Below, one piece after another: positions 59,630-64,000 of a DNA stretch of 64,000 nt (positions are counted from its first letter, which is position 1; each line of letters starts with the position of its first letter). The notes under the pieces are model-generated. The model was not told where the DNA came from, made no database searches, and was given only the letters and a program-made list of their open reading frames with translations. This stretch comes from Octopus sinensis (lineage: Eukaryota), in assembly GCF_006345805.1 (NCBI RefSeq), contig NC_043014.1, forward strand, positions 31,930,001-31,994,000, read 5' to 3'. A program made the position numbers and the translations under genes.

Positions 59630-60612
59630 ACCATGGTGTGATATCAAATGACTATGATATTTCCTAAAAAAAATAAATAAATAATATTACAATACAATAT
59701 ATACCTATGGTAATGTATCACGTGATAGTGATATTTTGTATATGAAATACTATAATATATCTGTAGTGTAATATCAATGACAGTAATATTTTCCATAAAA
59801 TATTTACAATATACTATATATGTGGTGTAATATCTGAGCGCAGCAATATTTGTACATAAAATACTGTGATATACTATATCTGTTGTGCAATATCAGATGA
59901 CAGCATGGTGTAATATCAGATATCACTGTAACATCAGTTGATATTGGTATTTGTATGTAAAATATTGTAATATATTATACTTGTGGTGTAATATCAATGA
60001 CAGTGATATTTCTAAAAATACTGTTATATATTATCAATGATAATATATCACCTGTGTACAAAATACTATAATATACCTGACACGTAGTATAATATTAATG
60101 ACAGTGATATTTTCCATAAAATACTACCACAAGCTATATCTGTGGTGTAATATCTGATCACAGTGATATTTGTACATAAAATACTGTGATATATTATATC
60201 TGTTGTGTAATATCAGCAATAACAGATGACAGCATGGTGTAATAACAGATACCACTGTAACATGAGATGACTGTGGTATTTGTATATAAAATACTGTAAT
60301 ATACTATACCTGTAATTTAATATCAATGACATTGATATCAGATGGCAGTGATATTTGTATATAAAATATTGTAGTATACTGTATCTGTAGAATAATATCA
60401 GATAACAGTGACATTTGTATACAAAATACAACAATATACTATATGTAGTATCAGATGGCAGTGATATTTGAATATGGAATATTTTGGTATTATACTATAT
60501 CTGTAGAGTAATATTTGTAGATATTTGTTTATAAAATATTGTAGTATACTATATCTGTGCTGTAATATCAGGTGGTACTGACATTTGTATAGAATTCTAC
60601 AATATACTATAA
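59630..60612. repeat. Degenerate ~60-bp minisatellite with ~320-bp higher-order duplication
   Basis: Unit approximately GTGGTGTAATATCAGATGACAGTGATATTTGTATATAAAATACTGTAATATACTATATCT; 59776-59985 recurs at 60097-60311. Confidence 0.85.
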
Positions 60613-60671
60613 TTTAGGCACACAATGCAACATGTTTTTATACATAAATAAATTCTTTTTCATAATTGCAG

Positions 60672-61045
60672 TTAAAGAAATATCAATAACAGGACTGACA
60701 TATAGTTCAATGGATGTTCCTGACAAATGGTTTTTTGGGACAATATTACAAATTCCTCACATCTTCAACTTTCCTCTCATTCATCGCTGGAGTTACTCCT
60801 TTTATTTGACACTATTAACACAGCTGATGCATAGAAAGGCGCCAAAAACCATGAAGTGTCAACTCCCTACGAGAACTCTATATTTTAGAGGAGGAATAGA
60901 AATGAAGCTGAAATGTTGCAAAGTGATTTTCACACAATCTTCTTTTGAACATCAAAGCCCAACAAAATGTCCACTCATATATAACTTGCAATTATCTATA
61001 AACAATGGCATTACATTTGAATTTAGGCCAGCAATCTTTACATAA
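60672..61045 (+). CDS. Candidate terminal (or long internal) exon, 123 open codons, product unknown
   Basis: ATTCTTTTTCATAATTGCAG acceptor in phase 1 at the start of a non-repetitive ORF; Asp-box-like SINNGITF near the end. No homolog recognised. Confidence 0.3.
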
Positions 61046-61619
61046 CTGGCACTTACAGATATATTGTAGTTGTGTGGACATTATCCACTGTTGTTGTTAG
61101 CCCTTCCTTCAGATCACTTTGATTCAGTAGATTTCTGATCAAAGACAGTCTGTAACCATTCCATCTTGTTTATTGTTTTTTTTTTTTTTTATTTCAGGCA
61201 GTGTATCTAGAACTATATTATCCAATGTGGTATATATTTTTTAAAAATTGATGTGATTTCACAAGAGCTTTAGCTGTTATTTCTAGGCGGTACAGAGACT
61301 GCATAGAAGCTCCCTTGTTGGTTTATTGATCTTTAGTATAGTTATTTCTGTTGTTCAACCCTAGGTCAGCCCTAATACAGCAGATCTATAACCAATGTCA
61401 TTAACTTTAGTACTATTTAGCTTTGCTTCTCTGAATTCTGAGCTTGAATTTTATCAGCATTAACATGTCAATATCAATAAAATAAGTACCAGTCATGAAC
61501 TGGGGTAGATACCATTGTCTTACTGAATTTTCTTCTATGCAAGTCTGTGACCGTGTCAGTCTTGATTTATCAGGATCTTCTCACTGCTAAAAATTCTGAC
61601 ATGGATGTTACCTGTATCA

Positions 61620-61928
61620 GACCATGGGATTGCACCTAGAAAGTTACCCTTCCAGGCACAAGTCCAGGCAAGGTTGTTTATGGAAAATCAACAGTCGCCC
61701 ATGCATACCAACCTCCCCTCTCCGTGCCACCAGTGTTATCCAAGGGAAAGGCAAAGGCCGATACAGCTTGGCACCTGTGACATCTCAACTCATTTCTACA
61801 GCTTAGTGAACTGGAGCAATGTGACATAAAGTGTCCTGCTCAAGAAGAGCACAACACACAGCCCAGTTCAGGAATCGAACTCACTACCTCACGATCATAA
61901 GCTCGACGCTCTAACCACTGAGCCATGC
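61620..61928 (-). mobile_element. SINE family B, full length
   Basis: Reverse complement of 48128-48452-type element. Confidence 0.88.
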
Positions 61929-62238
61929 TAAAAAGTAGATCTTTACATTTGCTTGCTTCACATCCTTGATGATTATATGAAGTTAGTTACTGTTAAGATT
62001 TCATCTCTGGTTGGGTATTCACTGTTTGAGTTAAAGAGGCAAAACTCCTTAGCTGTTATTGGTTCTCTCAGACTAGTGAGACTAATCTTGATGATGTTTG
62101 GCTTGAAAATCTGAAGGTTGATTACTATATGTATGGAAAGCGTGGCCAGAATTGATACTCCAAGAAGCTAAGGATAAGAGTTTTGATAAAAATCTGTACA
62201 GTTTCTTGCAAAAATTATATATATATATAAATATGAAT

Positions 62239-62279
<41 letters not shown>

Positions 62280-62991
62280 ATTAAATAAATGGAGTTGAAT
62301 GCAGATGCTATTCAAATTCTTTTACTTTCGACATATGTTTCGAAGACAACATTGGTTTTATTCCAAAGGAATAAACGGTGTAAAATGCAATCTTCTCATC
62401 AAGAAAGAAAGAGAACCTATCTCAACAACAAGACATTATAACAATTTATTTATTTACTTATACTACACAAATTACTGCATATTAACCCGGAGTTTCTACC
62501 TTTGAATAGGTCGCTACATCCTTGTTACTTGCATGAATTTTGCTACCTTGGTAACAGTTTATTGAATTTTCCATGTTAATGGTAAACAAAGGATAATTCA
62601 TATTCATTTTGCTTTATATTAGCTATGATAACCAAGTTCAGTCAAAACAGTGTTGTCTTCTGTGACCTGCTGATACAGGTAACATCCATATATATTAATA
62701 ATAAGGAAATATGTCTACCAAAAACATAATCATCTCCAAGAAAAAATATATTTCTTTTAATATATAAAATGCATAGCAGGAGACATTTGCCCCAGGTTCA
62801 GTCCTTCTGCATGGTACCTAAGCAAGTGTCTTTTACTTTGAGCTGTTAAAAGTTTTGAGAGGTGATTTGTCAGACAGAAACTGGAAGAAGTCTGTTGTGT
62901 ATATTTCATGACACTGTAAGCATGACAGATTTTTGTTTACAACTATCACACAATGCCAAGGGAGGGAAGCACCAACATATGTATGTATGTG

Positions 62992-63033
<42 letters not shown>

Positions 63034-63109
63034 TACACATATGGTGTGTTTACGTCCCCGTAACTTAATGGTTCGGCAAAAGAGGCCGATAGAATAAGTA
63101 CTAGGCTTA

Positions 63110-63124
63110 CAATATACATATATG

Positions 63125-63155
<31 letters not shown>

Positions 63156-63267
63156 GCACGCCACAATTTTTCACCCTCATTTTGACTATATATATATATA
63201 TATATATTTATAATACAAATGCGAAAATGTATATATATATATTTATGTATATATGTATGTATATGTC

Positions 63268-63314
<47 letters not shown>

Positions 63315-63383
63315 GTATATATATTATATATATTATATATATATAACTTATATATATATATATTATATATATATATAATATAT

Positions 63384-63421
<38 letters not shown>

Positions 63422-63541
63422 GATATATATATATATACAGATATATATATATATATATACATATATATACACATACATATATATATATATATACATACTT
63501 ATATATACACATACATATATATATTATATATATATATATAT

Positions 63542-63570
<29 letters not shown>
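63110..63570. repeat. (TA)n array inside a fragmented SINE A (62790-63110)
   Basis: Seen directly. Confidence 0.95.
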
Positions 63571-63572
<2 letters not shown>

Positions 63573-64000
63573 TACTTTTATCAGAAAGCCACAGAAAAGA
63601 ATACTGTTTGAACTATATTTGTTTATATAGTCTTGTGCAGTTCAAACAGCAATCCAGCACACCACCACTACCACTACCAACACCATCACCAACACCACTT
63701 CTACTCTCATCCCCCTCACTAAAACCACAATAAGAATCACAATAAAAATTTAAATTATCAACTCACAAAAGAAAGTAGAAAAAAGAATTGGATGTTAATA
63801 ATGATATTTTAGAACTAAGTCTAAAATAATTAGATTTAATATTTGCTATTTAAAAATGATTTGATATGAAATCTTAATTTTAATCATGTTCATATCAAAA
63901 CAAAATATAAAAATAATTAAAATAAATATCAGAATATGAATAATGACAAAAAATCTGAAAATAAAACAATAACAACAACAGCAACAATGATAATAATATT

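Noticed and set aside
59630-60612. Tandem arrays as CRISPR
   Set aside because: Eukaryotic context, degenerate contiguous units, no unique spacers and no cas genes.

Overview
AT-rich, repeat-saturated eukaryotic DNA. The SINE families, RTE LINEs, mariner relics and very long (TA)n/(TACA)n/(AAT)n/(GAT)n arrays match what I know of octopod (Octopus-type) genomes; this is inferred from repeat style, not a database match. No intact protein-coding gene, rRNA, functional tRNA gene or CRISPR array is supported, and nearly all long ORFs in the track are translated microsatellites. Recognisable content: three tRNA-head/conserved-core SINE families (A, B, C); RTE-clade LINE relics and their 3'-end derivatives; R4/Dong-type restriction-like-endonuclease LINE fragments in (TAA)n; several Tc1/mariner relics and MITEs; hAT-Charlie and piggyBac-type MITEs; and Helentron/DINE-1-like (HINE) elements. 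The most interesting signal is a set of ORF-less, mostly (TA)n-anchored cassettes carrying minimal type-I hammerhead ribozyme (HHR) motifs of the Penelope-like-element kind. One is a ~380 bp foldback with an HHR on each strand, and one HHR is near-intact. The window also has many short near-perfect hairpins (possible pre-miRNA or ADAR substrates) and a few weak + strand exon candidates that could splice in frame. Most SINE/LINE boundaries are approximate (+/- ~10-20 nt).
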